Under the pieces are notes generated by a model. It saw nothing but the letters and a program-made list of their open reading frames with translations, was not told where the DNA came from and did no database searches. From NCBI RefSeq assembly GCF_001194135.2, contig NC_068998.1:7387155-7451154 (forward strand): 64,000 nt of DNA. The letters run 5' to 3'. Shown here piece after piece: positions 13,125 to 25,140 of this stretch. The stretch is from Octopus bimaculoides (taxonomy: Eukaryota). Both the position numbers and the translations under genes were made by a program. Numbering within the stretch: the stretch's first letter is position 1; every line of letters starts with the position of its first letter.

Positions 13125-13440
13125 ACTATAACACTCCAGTCACTTCATGAAGGTCCCCTAGAAGTCCTCCAAAATGGTGTCGAAGACCCTGGTCACAGCC
13201 TTCTTCATCTTCCAAATTACTGTTTTTGAGGTTCTCCATCAGCTCGTAGAACAACCAGAAGTCACAGGGAGCAAGGTCTTGACTATACGAAGGATGAAGG
13301 ACAGTCTTGATGCCCATATCTGTCAAATACTTGTTTTCCAGGATTCTCACTGAGTACCCTGGGAAATTGCATACTTAATGTCTTTACAGATAATTTCTTT
13401 ACAGGTCTTCATCCAGAAAATTGCAACTTTTCTTAACTAG
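13125..13440 (-). mobile_element. Mariner-family transposase fragment, decayed
   Basis: Track ORF 13126..13350 contains GIKTVLHPSYSQDLAPCDFWLF, matching the mariner YSPDLAPxD motif. Confidence 0.85.
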
Positions 13441-13882
13441 TTCTATATTCAAAATATCCACAATGAGAATGACGAATATCAAACCACAGAAAGGGTTTAT
13501 ATGAGATACCTTCTAGAAGCTTTGAGAATTTTTTAGGAGAGGCGGTTATGATGCGAAAGATTATTATGATTTTACTATAGATCTAATAAGCTGACCTGCT
13601 CAAGTTCTCCTTGATTGTGTTGAGAACGATGTAAACTTTTTGGAAACATTGTGTAGGCCTCGACTTTCTCTGTCATGGTCAATGCAATGATCACATGCTA
13701 CACACCTTCCTTCCAAGCACTGCTATAAACAGCAGAAGTAAGCTAGAACGCTAAAACTTAGTGTGCATGCAGAGCAAAGGTTGCGGTCTATCTGTGTCAA
13801 GTGGCCTCACTCTGTGTGCTTTAGCTTCGTTACTATAGCAACAGTTCGGATACTTATTGACCAGACCATGTGTATACACGCA

Positions 13883-14050
13883 CACACACACACACACATA
13901 TATGTACGACAGGCTTCTTTCAGTTTCCACCTTCCAAATAAACTTGCAAGACTTTGGTTAGCCCAGCACCATAGTAGAAGACAGATACCTAAGGTGCCAT
14001 GCAGTGGGACTGAATCCAGAACCATGTGGTTGTAAAGCAAATGTCTTGCT
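13883..14050 (-). mobile_element. SINE family A, 5' part
   Basis: cttctttcagtttccac...ggtgccatgcagtgggactgaatccagaaccatgtgg. Confidence 0.85.
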
Positions 14051-15139
14051 ACATAGCATAATAACTTTTAATAAATTGTATTCATCTTGACATTTGGAAA
14101 CATCCATACCTCAAACCATAAGATTTCCTGATATATAAGGAAAAGGGAAATTTTCTGAGACATCTTGCATAATAACCTTTGATTATTCAGATTTACATAT
14201 CATCAAACAATGTTAAGATTCACAAGAAAATACACGGCTTTTTTTATCACTTATAAAAACAAAACTGACAAAAATTCAGAGTAAAATATAAAAAGAAAGA
14301 CAAGAATTTATCGAAGCACATCAATAGAATACTGCATTGCACTGATTATAACCATGTTCCGTAAGAATGAGACATGGCTTTGATGTAGAATGTAGAAGTG
14401 GCTTCTTGGAATTGGACAAAATGTTAACAATGATGTAGACAAGGAATAAAGTGAAGATCAGTTGCAACTTTCATTCCATTGCCAAACTAATTTAATTAAT
14501 AAGACTAAAACTATCTTCTGTGACAAAGTTCAGAGGAAAAACAAAGTCTAATTAGATTTTGTTAGGTATCTTGCAGTAAATTTAAGAAGCACCTCAATGG
14601 ATATGTATACATGACACGCAATCGGTATTCTGGTTTGGCATTTAGCTATGTGAAAGCTTTCTTCAATATTAACAGATTCCTGGCGAGAATGGCAAGACAA
14701 AAGGCAGAGTGAAAAGATTTCTTGTCAACAGATGAGCAGTAAAAGCTATTAGCGCTGAAGACAAAGAGTAAAATTATCATCATTTTAATGTCTGCTCTTC
14801 CATGCTTCCAAGGGTCAAATTAGAGCACATTGGAACAAAGTTTTCTTTGACCAGTTGACTTGTTCTCACCCCATCCCCTTGTTTCAATATACGGCAATAA
14901 TTTCTTTGTTTCATCATCGTCGTCGTCATCGTAATCATCATCATCATCGTCGTCGTCGTCGTCGTCGTCATCATCATCGTCGTCAGTCATTATCATCATC
15001 ATCATATATATATATATATATAATAACAATAATGGACTCTCCTGTCGTTAGCCAACGTATGAGGGTTTGAAAATTTCTTACCGAACAACCACACAGATGA
15101 TTTATTTATAGTAACCAAATGTTTGTGTAGACATAAGCT

Positions 15140-15326
15140 TACTCCCTCCATCAAATTGACTTTACCTGTACAGGTGCAGATGGGTGTCACATGTCAGATG
15201 CCGAAATGATTGCAGAGCGTGAAATGAAGTGCTTTGCTCAAGACCACAATGCAATGCCTGATCTGGGAATCGAACCCATGATCTCACAATCGTGCGTGCA
15301 ATACCCTAACCACTAAGCCATGTGCC

Positions 15327-15330
<4 letters not shown>
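15140..15330 (-). mobile_element. tRNA-derived SINE family E
   Basis: Reverse complement: gtgaaggcacatggcttagtggttagggtatt...gggttcgattccc...tcttgagcaaagcacttcatttcac. Related pieces at 7465-7510, 50950-51092, 52845-52975 and 59500-59565. Confidence 0.8.
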
Positions 15331-15375
<45 letters not shown>

Positions 15376-15385
15376 TAGAGAGAGA

Positions 15386-15470
<85 letters not shown>
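15330..15470 (+). repeat. Compound (CA)n-(GA)n microsatellite
   Basis: Direct observation. Confidence 0.98.
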
Positions 15471-15472
<2 letters not shown>

Positions 15473-16222
15473 GGATTGCTTGGCTTTAAGTGAGGTATAT
15501 TCCTGTAAAAGAGACTGTAATAGATTTCTGTTTTCATTGAGCCTATGGGATGATTTGAACTCAGAACTACAATTTACTAAGGCACTCATTGATTACATAG
15601 TACCTCAGTTACTAATAGCAATGAAACGTAGAACTCTGAATGTTAATTCAATGCCTTCTCTTTAAACTGAGTACAAATACATTTGTGTATGTATGATGCA
15701 TGTGCATGTATTGTTATTTCTTCCAGGAACACACAAACACACACGCAAATGCATAGATGTAAAACACCCAAGCAGCAAGGATGTGGATTGGTGTGAGTCT
15801 ATACATACATGCATCCAAAGAATCACAGACATAGATACCTTTTTACCTGATGCTAATTTGAAGGTGAATATTGCAGGTAAAAAGTTTCAGTGTCATACAT
15901 ATTTAATTGGACTTTATAAACGAACAAATTCGCCAAAAAATTTTTTTGCTTTCAATAAGATTGTTTTGAATCTCTTTTGTGGCTGTTATTTTCAAATGTA
16001 AAGTAAATTATTTGTGGTAAACATGCATATTTATTTTAAAAAGATCAGGAGAGGGAAGAAAAGAGAGATATAAAATAAATAGAGAGAGAGGGAGATGGAG
16101 AGAGAGAGAGAGAGAGACAGAGGGTGGGTGAAGGTGAGTGAAGTGAGAGAAAACCTAAGTTGGAGAGATGTAAAAAGAAATCAAATGAGACAAAGTAGAA
16201 TAGAGAAGAAATATGAAAGAGA

Positions 16223-16273
<51 letters not shown>

Positions 16274-16299
16274 AATAAAAACTTTTATATCTCTATGTG

Positions 16300-16379
16300 T
16301 CTATCTATCCATCTATTTGTCTGCCTGTCTGTCTATCTATCTGTCTGTCTGTCTATCTATCTATCTGTCTGCCAGCCTG

Positions 16380-16418
<39 letters not shown>

Positions 16419-16460
16419 GTCTGTCTGTCTGTCAGTCTTTTTATCTATCTATCTATCTAA
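16300..16460 (+). repeat. (TCTA/TCTG)n microsatellite
   Basis: Direct observation. Confidence 0.95.
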
Positions 16461-16754
16461 AGGAGAAAGAGAGAGTGGGGGCCTTGCTCCCAATTTGTCA
16501 TGCCCATCCCATGTCCAAGGTCACCGTGGTTCTTTCTCGTAGATTTTTTCTTCCCCTGGACAACCTTACCTGTTTTTTCCGTCAACACAAAAATTTATGC
16601 ATACAAATTTCGCCTTTTGAAATTTCAATTTTGTTAACAAAACACTATCGATCACCTTTTTTTGATCATCAACTGTCTTACCTTTTATTTTTTGCATTTT
16701 TGTAAAAAAAAAAGAAGAAAATAAAATAAAAAGAAAAAATCTACATTGTATTGC

Positions 16755-16935
16755 CTTGTGCCTCCAGTAGAAAGGATCTTTATTATTCAGTCCCACTGTG
16801 TGGCACCTTGGCCAGTTGTCTTCTACTATAGCCTCAGGCTGACCAAAGTCTTGTAAGTGACCAAAGTTTTGGTAGACGGAAACTGAAAGAAGCACATCAT
16901 ATATATATGTGTGTGTTTGTCTGTCCCCCCATCAT
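16755..16935 (+). mobile_element. SINE family A fragment
   Basis: ttcagtcccactgtgtggcaccttggccag...gacggaaactgaaagaagc. Confidence 0.8.
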
Positions 16936-16956
16936 CACTTGCCTCCAATAGAAAGG

Positions 16957-16989
<33 letters not shown>

Positions 16990-17042
16990 GTTATTATTAT
17001 TTCTATTTAATATCTTTATCAGTCCTTCCTATTGTTTCTCAG

Positions 17043-17118
17043 ATCATCCAAAGAACCAGAGTAGAAATAATTTTCGAAAAATTAATAAAATAACGTCACG
17101 ATTCACAGAAAATTTCCA
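17043..17118 (+). CDS. Candidate internal exon (DHPKNQSRNNFRKINKITSRFTENF-Q)
   Basis: ttcctattgtttctcAG acceptor and CA|GTAAGA donor; 76 nt; only phase 1 is open. Confidence 0.5.
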
Positions 17119-17994
17119 GTAAGAATTTTGATGAGAGCACTTATTCTTTGACTCTATTCATGTAAGAATTTACCCTTTATATCAATATGTTTCAATCATT
17201 GCTGATGAGTAGACTTCCCGCAGAGGTCAGTAGTGATGGAATAGCATGTAAGAGAGATACCTCATTCATGCAATTCTATATTTATTTAATTAAGGTGAAC
17301 AAACTATAAAAAAAATTCTACAAGAGAGAAAATAAAATTAATTGTATTATTTCATTTCATCTTTTATCTTTTCTTTTTTTTTTTTTTACCTTTTATATGC
17401 TTCAACATTTCATTACATAGAATAAAACATATATATATAAATATACATATATGTAAATGGAAAAGATAAAATAGCTGAAAACCCAGAAGGGAATTGAGGG
17501 AGAAATTGAATAGTTTACAAAAGAAATAATTTTACAAAACCTGAAACTGAATAAAAAAAGAACAAAATTGCATTGAAATTGCCGTCATTTCTCATTGCAT
17601 GAGTAAACTAGTTCAATAATGATAATGTAGATATTGATAATGGTTTTTTGTTTCTCTCTCCTTAATCTTCCATTGGAAACATCTGTGTACAATTGTAGAA
17701 AACTTGGAAAATGATTATTATGTAACGCATATTCACTACAATAGTATGATGACACCCACCATAGTTACAATAAGACTGATAATTATATAAAACACATATA
17801 AACAAAATTATTATAAAGATATGTTAATCTAAATTATGGAATCAAACAGTGCAAATAGTTGAAGGATGTGGTTAGGAGGAGGTTAGGTTGCTGTTTCTAG
17901 CAGTTTCAGTGACCAGTTATGGGTTCCGAATTGATCAATAGTTTTTTGATGTTACGCCAGAGGCCAACCCTGTTCAAGTTGATCATCAGCATCA

Positions 17995-18410
17995 TCTGGC
18001 TGTGTGTTAAGAAGCTTGCTTCCCAACCACATGGTTCAAGGTTCAATCCCATTGTGTGGCACCTTGGGCAAGTATCTTCTACAATAGCCTTGGGCTGACC
18101 AAAGCCTTGTGAGTGGATTTGGCAGATGGAAACTGAAAGAAGCCCATCGTATACATACATATATACATATATGTGTGTGTGTCTATATTTATGTTTGTGT
18201 TTGTGTGTCTGTGTTTGTCCCCTCTCCTCCATTGCTTCACAAACAATGTTGGTATCTTTACGTTTCCTTAACTTAGCAGTTCGGCACAAGAGACCGAAAG
18301 AATAAGTACCAAACTTACAAAAAATAAGTCCTCGGTTCGATTTTTTTAACTAAAAGGTGGTGCTCCAGCATGGCCACAGTCAAACGATTGAAGCAAAATA
18401 AAAGAAAGAA
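17995..18410 (+). mobile_element. SINE family A, full length
   Basis: Head, core, internal (AT)/(GT) tract and tail all present. Confidence 0.9.
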
Positions 18411-18640
18411 TCATCATTTAACTTCCCTTTTCCATGTTGGAAAGGGTTGAACGGCTTGATGGGGAGCCGCAACAGGTCCCATTGTTTGTTTTGGCATGGG
18501 TTCTACTGTTTGATGCCTTCCTAGCATCAATCACTTTGCAGAGAATACTAGGAGCTTTTTACATGGTACCAGCACCAATACTTTCTATGTGGCACCAGCA
18601 CCAGTACATTTTACATGGTACCAGCACCATTGCTTTTTAC
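18410..18640 (-). mobile_element. SINE-like family C, decayed
   Basis: catcatttaac...ttccatgttggaaagggttgaacgg...ttttacatggtaccagcac subrepeats. Confidence 0.7.
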
Positions 18641-19428
18641 CTGGCTTACCTCATATACCTTTCTTTTTACTTAGAGTATAGTAGTAAGTGATATGAAGGA
18701 AATTTGGCTGCTGTTTCTGGCATGTTGAGCAACCATGTATAAACTCCCTCTATAAGTATTGTTTAACCTGGATCAACCTGATTGACACCTGTGATAATAG
18801 ATTTTCCTGTCATGGCTATCTTTTATTGTTGTATAGTGTATTTTCCTATGTGTCATTCCTTTGTCAAGATGGTAGGGTTTGATATGAGTGAATCTGCTTA
18901 CTATTTTTAGCAGCTCAAGCAACCACATAGATGCTCTCTCATTAGCTCACATCTCTCTTATCAAGCTTGGTACATCACATTACCTTTCACTTAGTTTGAA
19001 TCTTTTTTGACTTTGATTTTACCTTTTATCTTTTTCACCTTTTCTTTTTGTTTTTTGTATTCTTCACGACAAGATAAATTCAAATGATTTCTACTAAAAT
19101 TAGTCTTGAGCCAAATAAAAATCAAATCACTCGAAATAAATGAGTTGAAAATAGTCTTTTGGTTTGGTGATGTACTTCAAACATGAAATAACGCTAAATC
19201 ATTTTAAATTTAGTGTTAAGCTTAATGAATTCATTCTCTTCTTTCACCTTTACCAAAATATAAATCTATCTATATACCGAATATATATGCAAATGTAAAT
19301 TCTATAAACAGAGAGAGAGAGAGGGGGGGGAGATAGAGAGAGAGAGAGGGGGTGAGATAGAGAGAGAGAGAGAGAGAGACTGAGAAAGACAAACATCTAA
19401 TGATAATGTTTTCCTTATATCTTTCAAG

Positions 19429-19489
19429 TATGGAATCATATCTTTGAAAAATCATAAATTAAATAATAAAATCACTGTTAAAGAAATAG
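19429..19489 (+). CDS. Candidate internal exon (YGIISLKNHKLNNKITVKEI)
   Basis: tttccttatatctttcaAG acceptor and AG|GTATTT donor; only phase 0 is open. Confidence 0.35.
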
Positions 19490-19849
19490 GTATTTCTTTT
19501 CTTTCTGGCACCAAACCTCTTATTTTACCAAAATAGATATCCAAACTAAATGGTTATTTTTCTTTGTGTTTATACTGCATTAATCTATTTTATCTGATTC
19601 GATCAACTCATGGCTATGGTGGAGTATATCTCAGAGGAAATCATGGATTTGAATTGATTCTGGAATAGTTGGACAAAAGTGCTGATTGGATCTGAATTAA
19701 GTTAGGATGTAACAATTCCAATGCACATCTTTTGATTTTTGAGAATGTACTGTACAAGAGAGTAGATGACCTATGTTTTTTACTAAATGTCATAGTAACG
19801 AAACAGCTTCCATATATTTCTCAAAAAAGAGTCTTATCCAAAATGCTGT

Positions 19850-20125
19850 AACTTGTGTTCCCTCACTGGATAGGATAGCGAGTCCATCGCAGCATTACTC
19901 ATCGCAGCATTACTCATCGCAGCATTACTCAAGAAAAAGGAAGAAAGAGTGAGAGAAATTTAGGGTGAAAGAGTACAACAAGGGTTGCCACCATCCCCTG
20001 CCAGAGCCTTGCGGAGTTTTAGGTGTTTTCGCTCAATAAACATACACAATGCCCGGTCTTGGAATCGAAACCGCAATCCTCTGACCGCGAGTCCGCTGCA
20101 CTAACCACTGGGCCATTGCACCTCT
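19850..20125 (-). mobile_element. Chimeric SINE: family D head joined to a family E-type 3' segment
   Basis: 19950-20125 matches the family D head. 19850-19930 matches the reverse complement of 50375-50420, with catcgcagcattact triplicated. Confidence 0.7.
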
Positions 20126-20152
20126 AAAACTTTGTTGTGTTTCATGTAAATA

Positions 20153-20394
20153 TAGGGTGTTCTAAAAGTCTCTCCGCAGTGAATCTTTTTCATCCTGCAC
20201 ATTTATTTTTTGAGGACACCACCAATACCGAGTGATATTGCTCAAATATTGCCTGTTCATTTGTAGGCCAACTGAAAGTGAAAGTAATAATGCATACTTT
20301 CAGCAAGATGGAGCTACAGCACATACTTTGCGCATCATCTTATAAATATTTATTTTGCAATAAAATACTGCGGAGAGACATTTTGAACACCCTA
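20153..20394. mobile_element. Tc1/mariner-type MITE with 28-bp TIRs and TA target duplication
   Basis: Left tagggtgttctaaaagtctctccgcagt versus reverse-complemented right tagggtgttcaaaatgtctctccgcagt (2 mismatches); TA on both flanks. Confidence 0.85.
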
Positions 20395-20774
20395 TATATG
20401 TCTCAAGCCTAGCTGTGTTTATCTATCTTACCATTTGTGCATGTGTGTGTGCATGTATGTGTGTGTGCATGTATGTGTGTATGCTTATTATACTTAATGT
20501 TTATACAGGCAATTTATTTAACATTGTTTCAGTTGCATGCACTGAATTATTCATCCAACTTGGCAGTGATTTACCAAAGCAGTGAATGTATTATTCCTTT
20601 TCTTATATTGGAAGCAATAAATCTCTTAACCTCATATAGGCATGTGGCCAACTGCTAGTACATACCATTGACGAGGCCTAAGAAGGCTGAAATGCATCTG
20701 GCATTCTCATTAGCAACTGGTGGGACACTTTTTCAGCTCCTTTTCAATATCTTCTTTTTTTCTTCTTTTTCACT

Positions 20775-20981
20775 TTTTACTTACTTCAGTCATTAGATTG
20801 TGGCCATGCTGGGGCACCACCTTGAAGAATGTTTCATTGAATGCATCGATTCCAAGACTTATTTTTTTAAAAGCCTGGTACTTATTGAATCAGTCCCTTG
20901 GGCTGAACCACTAAGTTACAGTGATATAAACACACTGGCACCAGTTGTCAAGTGGTGTTGAGGGACAAACACAGACACACT

Positions 20982-21033
<52 letters not shown>

Positions 21034-21200
21034 AATATATGACTGGCTTCTTTCAGTTTCCATCTATCAAATCCACTCACAAGACTTTGGTTGGCCCGGG
21101 GCTATGGTAGAAGACACTTGCCCAAGTTGCCACACAGTGGGACTGAACCCAGAACCATGTGGTTGGGAAGCAAGCTTCTTACCACACATCTGTGCCTGTG
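20775..21200 (-). mobile_element. SINE family A, full length
   Basis: Tail, (AT)n, core and head in reverse orientation. Confidence 0.9.
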
Positions 21201-21352
21201 TCTAATATATATTGTATTTTTAAATCCTGCATATCTACAAGAGGTTCTATTCCAAATGAAAACTACAGTAACTTGCCTGTTAATAGTGTACATGTATGAA
21301 GTATGATTCGTTCGTAAATGGCTGTGATGTGTCTTGGATGAAGGTCAAATAA

Positions 21353-21515
21353 TCAAATAGAGGCTCCTGCATTGGTTTTTATCTTAGACCAATAATACAG
21401 TAGGTCATCCTTGTTTTCAAAGAAAAGTCTGTTTTCCTTGATGACATAAATTAGACGTATCTCCAACTGATCATCTTTCAATGCATTTTGATCCTGTATC
21501 CTTTCATCTAGGAAT
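21353..21515 (-). CDS. Candidate terminal coding exon, minus strand (FLDERIQDQNALKDDQLEIRLIYVIKENRLFFENKDDLLYYWSKIKTNAGASI*)
   Basis: gagtatttcAG acceptor; only phase 2 is open (53 codons plus TGA). Phase matches the upstream micro-exon. Confidence 0.4.
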
Positions 21516-21734
21516 CTGAAATACTCAACAGAAAATATCCTTTAACCATTAACAATACCTTATTCAGTGTATATCATTAATTTGCTTTAACGATTCCATA
21601 CAAACGAAGCCATCTATCTCAATGGAATAAATTGCCAAGATGAATTGGATTGTCCACAATATATTCAATGTCTAATCCCTTTCTAAACTGAGATACATCT
21701 CATTTACCTTAATGTTTCAGTACATTTCACTTAC

Positions 21735-21768
21735 GACAAATTCTGATTTCCATTCAGAAATAGTGGTT
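21735..21768 (-). CDS. Candidate 34-nt exon, minus strand (EPLFLNGNQNL-S)
   Basis: aatgttttcAG acceptor and GTAAGT donor. The phase 1-to-2 reading splices in frame to 21515 across a 219-nt intron. Confidence 0.4.
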
Positions 21769-22280
21769 CTGAAAACATTTATTCCTTTCCTTTTAATTAT
21801 AACCATTTTTGAGAACTTCCAAAAACAATAAAAAGAACATAATTAGAATGTACTGGACATGCAATGTCAAATTTGAAGAATATACTTAATTTGGAATGAC
21901 TCAATATGTGAACAAGCATTGCAATCTGTCAGATATTTCTCGTGGCAGGTAATTCTCTGGTGATATGGAGACATGATGAAAATGGATATTAAGAACTGAA
22001 TGAAATGTCATGAAACCATACTAAAGTGTAGCCAGAGCACATTCACTTTGTACATGGGCGGATTTAGAATAAACTAATCAGTATTAATCTCATAAGGGTT
22101 AAGAATTAAATTATGCAAATGCAGAGGAAACAGAAAGTAAACAGAGATAACATATGATAAATAAATACTTGGTGCTTAATACACTCTTACTCAACATAAA
22201 TCATTCTCTCTCTCTCTCTCTCTCTCTCTCCCACCTCTCTATCTATCCTATCTGTCTGTCTTTCTGTCTATCTATTTATC

Positions 22281-22313
<33 letters not shown>

Positions 22314-22925
22314 AATCTATCTAGCTATATATCTATCTGTCTGTTTGTCTATCAATCTATCTAGCTATATATCTATCTGTCTGTCTGTCTATCAAACTAC
22401 CTACCTACTTACCTACTACCTACCTACCAGCACCAATATCAATGTATTTTTACATGGACCCCTGATTCTAGGATATTACTTCTATGGTGATGGTCAGGTC
22501 TTCTTGAGTAGAGCAGTGTGCCACATATCTCAGTCCTCTGTTATCTCCTTCATAAGGCTCAGCGTTCTGAGATCAACTTTCAATACTAAAACATATCTGA
22601 TAGCACATTCTGAAAAAAAATAAGACAATGCATGATGGAACAAGTATGATAGTTCATGCCGAAACAGACAAAGCAACACACACCTACAAAGATATTGGAA
22701 TAGATGACAAAAACAAATGGTGCCAAGTGCCATAAGTGATGAGAATAATGTGCACTACTTTATCACAATTTATTGAAAAGATTTGACTACAGAAAAAATA
22801 GATTGCCAGTTGAGTAAACATAACTAGTACAACTATAATGGAGACAAACTTGACTGTGTATGTTTCCATATACAAGAAACATAACGTAGATACAAATATT
22901 TATATTTTTTGTTTTATCTTTAAAG

Positions 22926-23101
22926 ATGAAGGCAATAGCCTGCAAAAGGTTAACCTTAAAAAGAACAATGTCGCTTTTAATAGGGACACGGACAACTAGA
23001 ATGACAAATCAACAAGTAGAAGAAGAAAAACAACAGCAACAACTTCAACAAAGAATTAAGAAAAGTGCTTGTTATCAATACCGAGCTATTGATGTGTTAA
23101 G
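22926..23101 (+). CDS. Candidate exon (MKAIACKRLTLKRTMSLLIGTRTTRMTNQQVEEEKQQQQLQQRIKKSACYQYRAIDVL-R/S)
   Basis: Strong polypyrimidine tract ttttttgttttatctttaaAG and AAG|GTAAGC donor; 176 nt; only phase 0 is open. Confidence 0.6.
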
Positions 23102-23914
23102 GTAAGCTAGAGTAATCTGCAATGCAAAAGGAGATAAAGAATGTTTTTAGTAAATCAAAATGCTGAGGAATTCTCTTGACGCTTATTGCAACAGTTGAAG
23201 TTTGGTTGTTATCTTTTCACAGTTGTTAACTCTGTGAATCGATCTACGGCTCACAATGAACTTATTCCTAAATATTTATTTATACAGCCCCATTTCATTC
23301 CAACCCATTCCATCAATCCTTTACCGAAACCAAAATTACAGACTTTTGTGTTGATATTGATGTCAAGAAAGATCAATAATGGTTTATGCCGGAGCACGAC
23401 AAACTTTTTATTTAAATCCCCCCACCGCAGCCCACCGCCACCAATATCGGTAATACGACAACTAAATAATGTAACTATCACAACAATTACCACCACAAAC
23501 AATAAACACCACCAGCTCAATAAGCAGTTGCTTATTGAATGAGGAAGTTAATAACACGAGATACAATTTCAAGATTGACACGGATGATGATTAACAATTT
23601 AATTCTTCACTTCCAGTTTTTGTATGGAATGATGAGAAACTTGAATAATACTGTTTTCTATCTCATAATCTGGGATTATTCCATTTTATACTATAATAAT
23701 CTTGGATCACAATATGAGAAGCTATATAATGTTCCAACAAAGAAGTCAGATGATTAATTTGGTGGTAACATATCATACAGTCATGCAGGCAGGACCCGTT
23801 TTTGCTATGATGTCCAATCTATCTAGGATATTTACTCAACATGATAAAAAAAAAAATATGCTATAGAATTTATTAATGATCATCATGTAAACAAAACATA
23901 AATCATCATCATCA

Positions 23915-23950
<36 letters not shown>

Positions 23951-23959
23951 TCATCATCA

Positions 23960-24103
23960 TCGTCATCACCATCATCATCAACATTTAATGTCCGTTTTTC
24001 CATGCTGGGTTGGATGGTTTGACTGGAAAACAGACAATGAAACCTGGTGTGGCTTCTGGCAAGGCCAGGGGCTGCACCTGGTTCCATTCTCAGTTTTGGC
24101 TTG
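23960..24103 (-). mobile_element. SINE-like family C 3' end running into a gap
   Basis: catcaacatttaatgtccgtttttccatgctgggttggatggtttgactg after a (CAT/CGT)n tract. Confidence 0.8.
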
Positions 24104-24734
24104 NNNNNNNNNNNNNNNNNNNNNNNNNNNNNNNNNNNNNNNNNNNNNNNNNNNNNNNNNNNNNNNNNNNNNNNNNNNNNNNNNNNNNNNNNNNNNNNNN
24201 NNNNNNNNNNNNNNNNNNNNNNNNNNNNNNNNNNNNNNNNNNNNNNNNNNNNNNNNNNNNNNNNNNNNNNNNNNNNNNNNNNNNNNNNNNNNNNNNNNNN
24301 NNNNNNNNNNNNNNNNNNNNNNNNNNNNNNNNNNNNNNNNNNNNNNNNNNNNNNNNNNNNNNNNNNNNNNNNNNNNNNNNNNNNNNNNNNNNNNNNNNNN
24401 NNNNNNNNNNNNNNNNNNNNNNNNNNNNNNNNNNNNNNNNNNNNNNNNNNNNNNNNNNNNNNNNNNNNNNNNNNNNNNNNNNNNNNNNNNNNNNNNNNNN
24501 NNNNNNNNNNNNNNNNNNNNNNNNNNNNNNNNNNNNNNNNNNNNNNNNNNNNNNNNNNNNNNNTTCCACGGAAAGGAACACAGAAAGAAACAAGGAGAGA
24601 AACACGGAGAAAAAAAATGAATGTATAGTGGCTAGCGATATATTTGCAGTGTGCAGAGCTAAATTGTACTTATTTACTTTTCTGCTGATTTCTCTTGCTG
24701 TCCACTTGTCTCCTCATCTTTTTTCCCAGATACC

Positions 24735-25140
24735 TGTGCCCAGCATCGCCTTTCTGGCACTTGTGGCCGCGGCATCTGTAAAGATTTTCGAGTGAGATCG
24801 TTGCCAGTGCCCCTGGACTGGCTCTTGTGCGGGTGGCACATAAAATACACCATTTCGAGCGAGGTCGTTGCCTGTACCTCCTGACTGGCCTTCGTGCTGG
24901 TGGCACGCAAAAGCACCCACTACACTCTCTGAGTGGTTGGCGTTAGGAAGGGCATCCAGATGTAGAAACTCTGCCAAATCAGATTGGAGCCTGGTGTAGC
25001 CATCTGGTTTCACCNNNNNNNNNNTGCCAAATCAGATTGGAGCCTGGTGTAGCCATCTGGTTTCACCAGTCCACAGTCAAGTCGTCCAACCCATGCTAGC
25101 ATGGAAAGCGGACGCTAAACGATGATGATGATGATGATGA
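24735..25140 (+). mobile_element. SINE-like family C with internal tandem subrepeats
   Basis: ggtggcacataaaa units, gttaggaagggcatcc, ccaacccatgctagcatggaaagcggacgctaaac, then (gat)n. Confidence 0.88.

Noticed and set aside
15542-15876. Possible exon pair LWDDLNSELQF... and THKHTRK...VNIA
   Set aside because: Needs a rare GAG acceptor and a weak GTAGAA donor, and the second part begins in CA-rich low-complexity sequence.
16566-16700. Minus-strand KTVDDQKKVIDSVLLTKLK as a ribosomal protein L6 pseudogene
   Set aside because: The resemblance is a few residues only and flanking sequence does not continue it.
24972-25066. 43-bp direct repeat across a 10-N gap (also 7921-7981)
   Set aside because: Identical sequence on both sides of a 10-N spacer is typical of an unmerged contig overlap.
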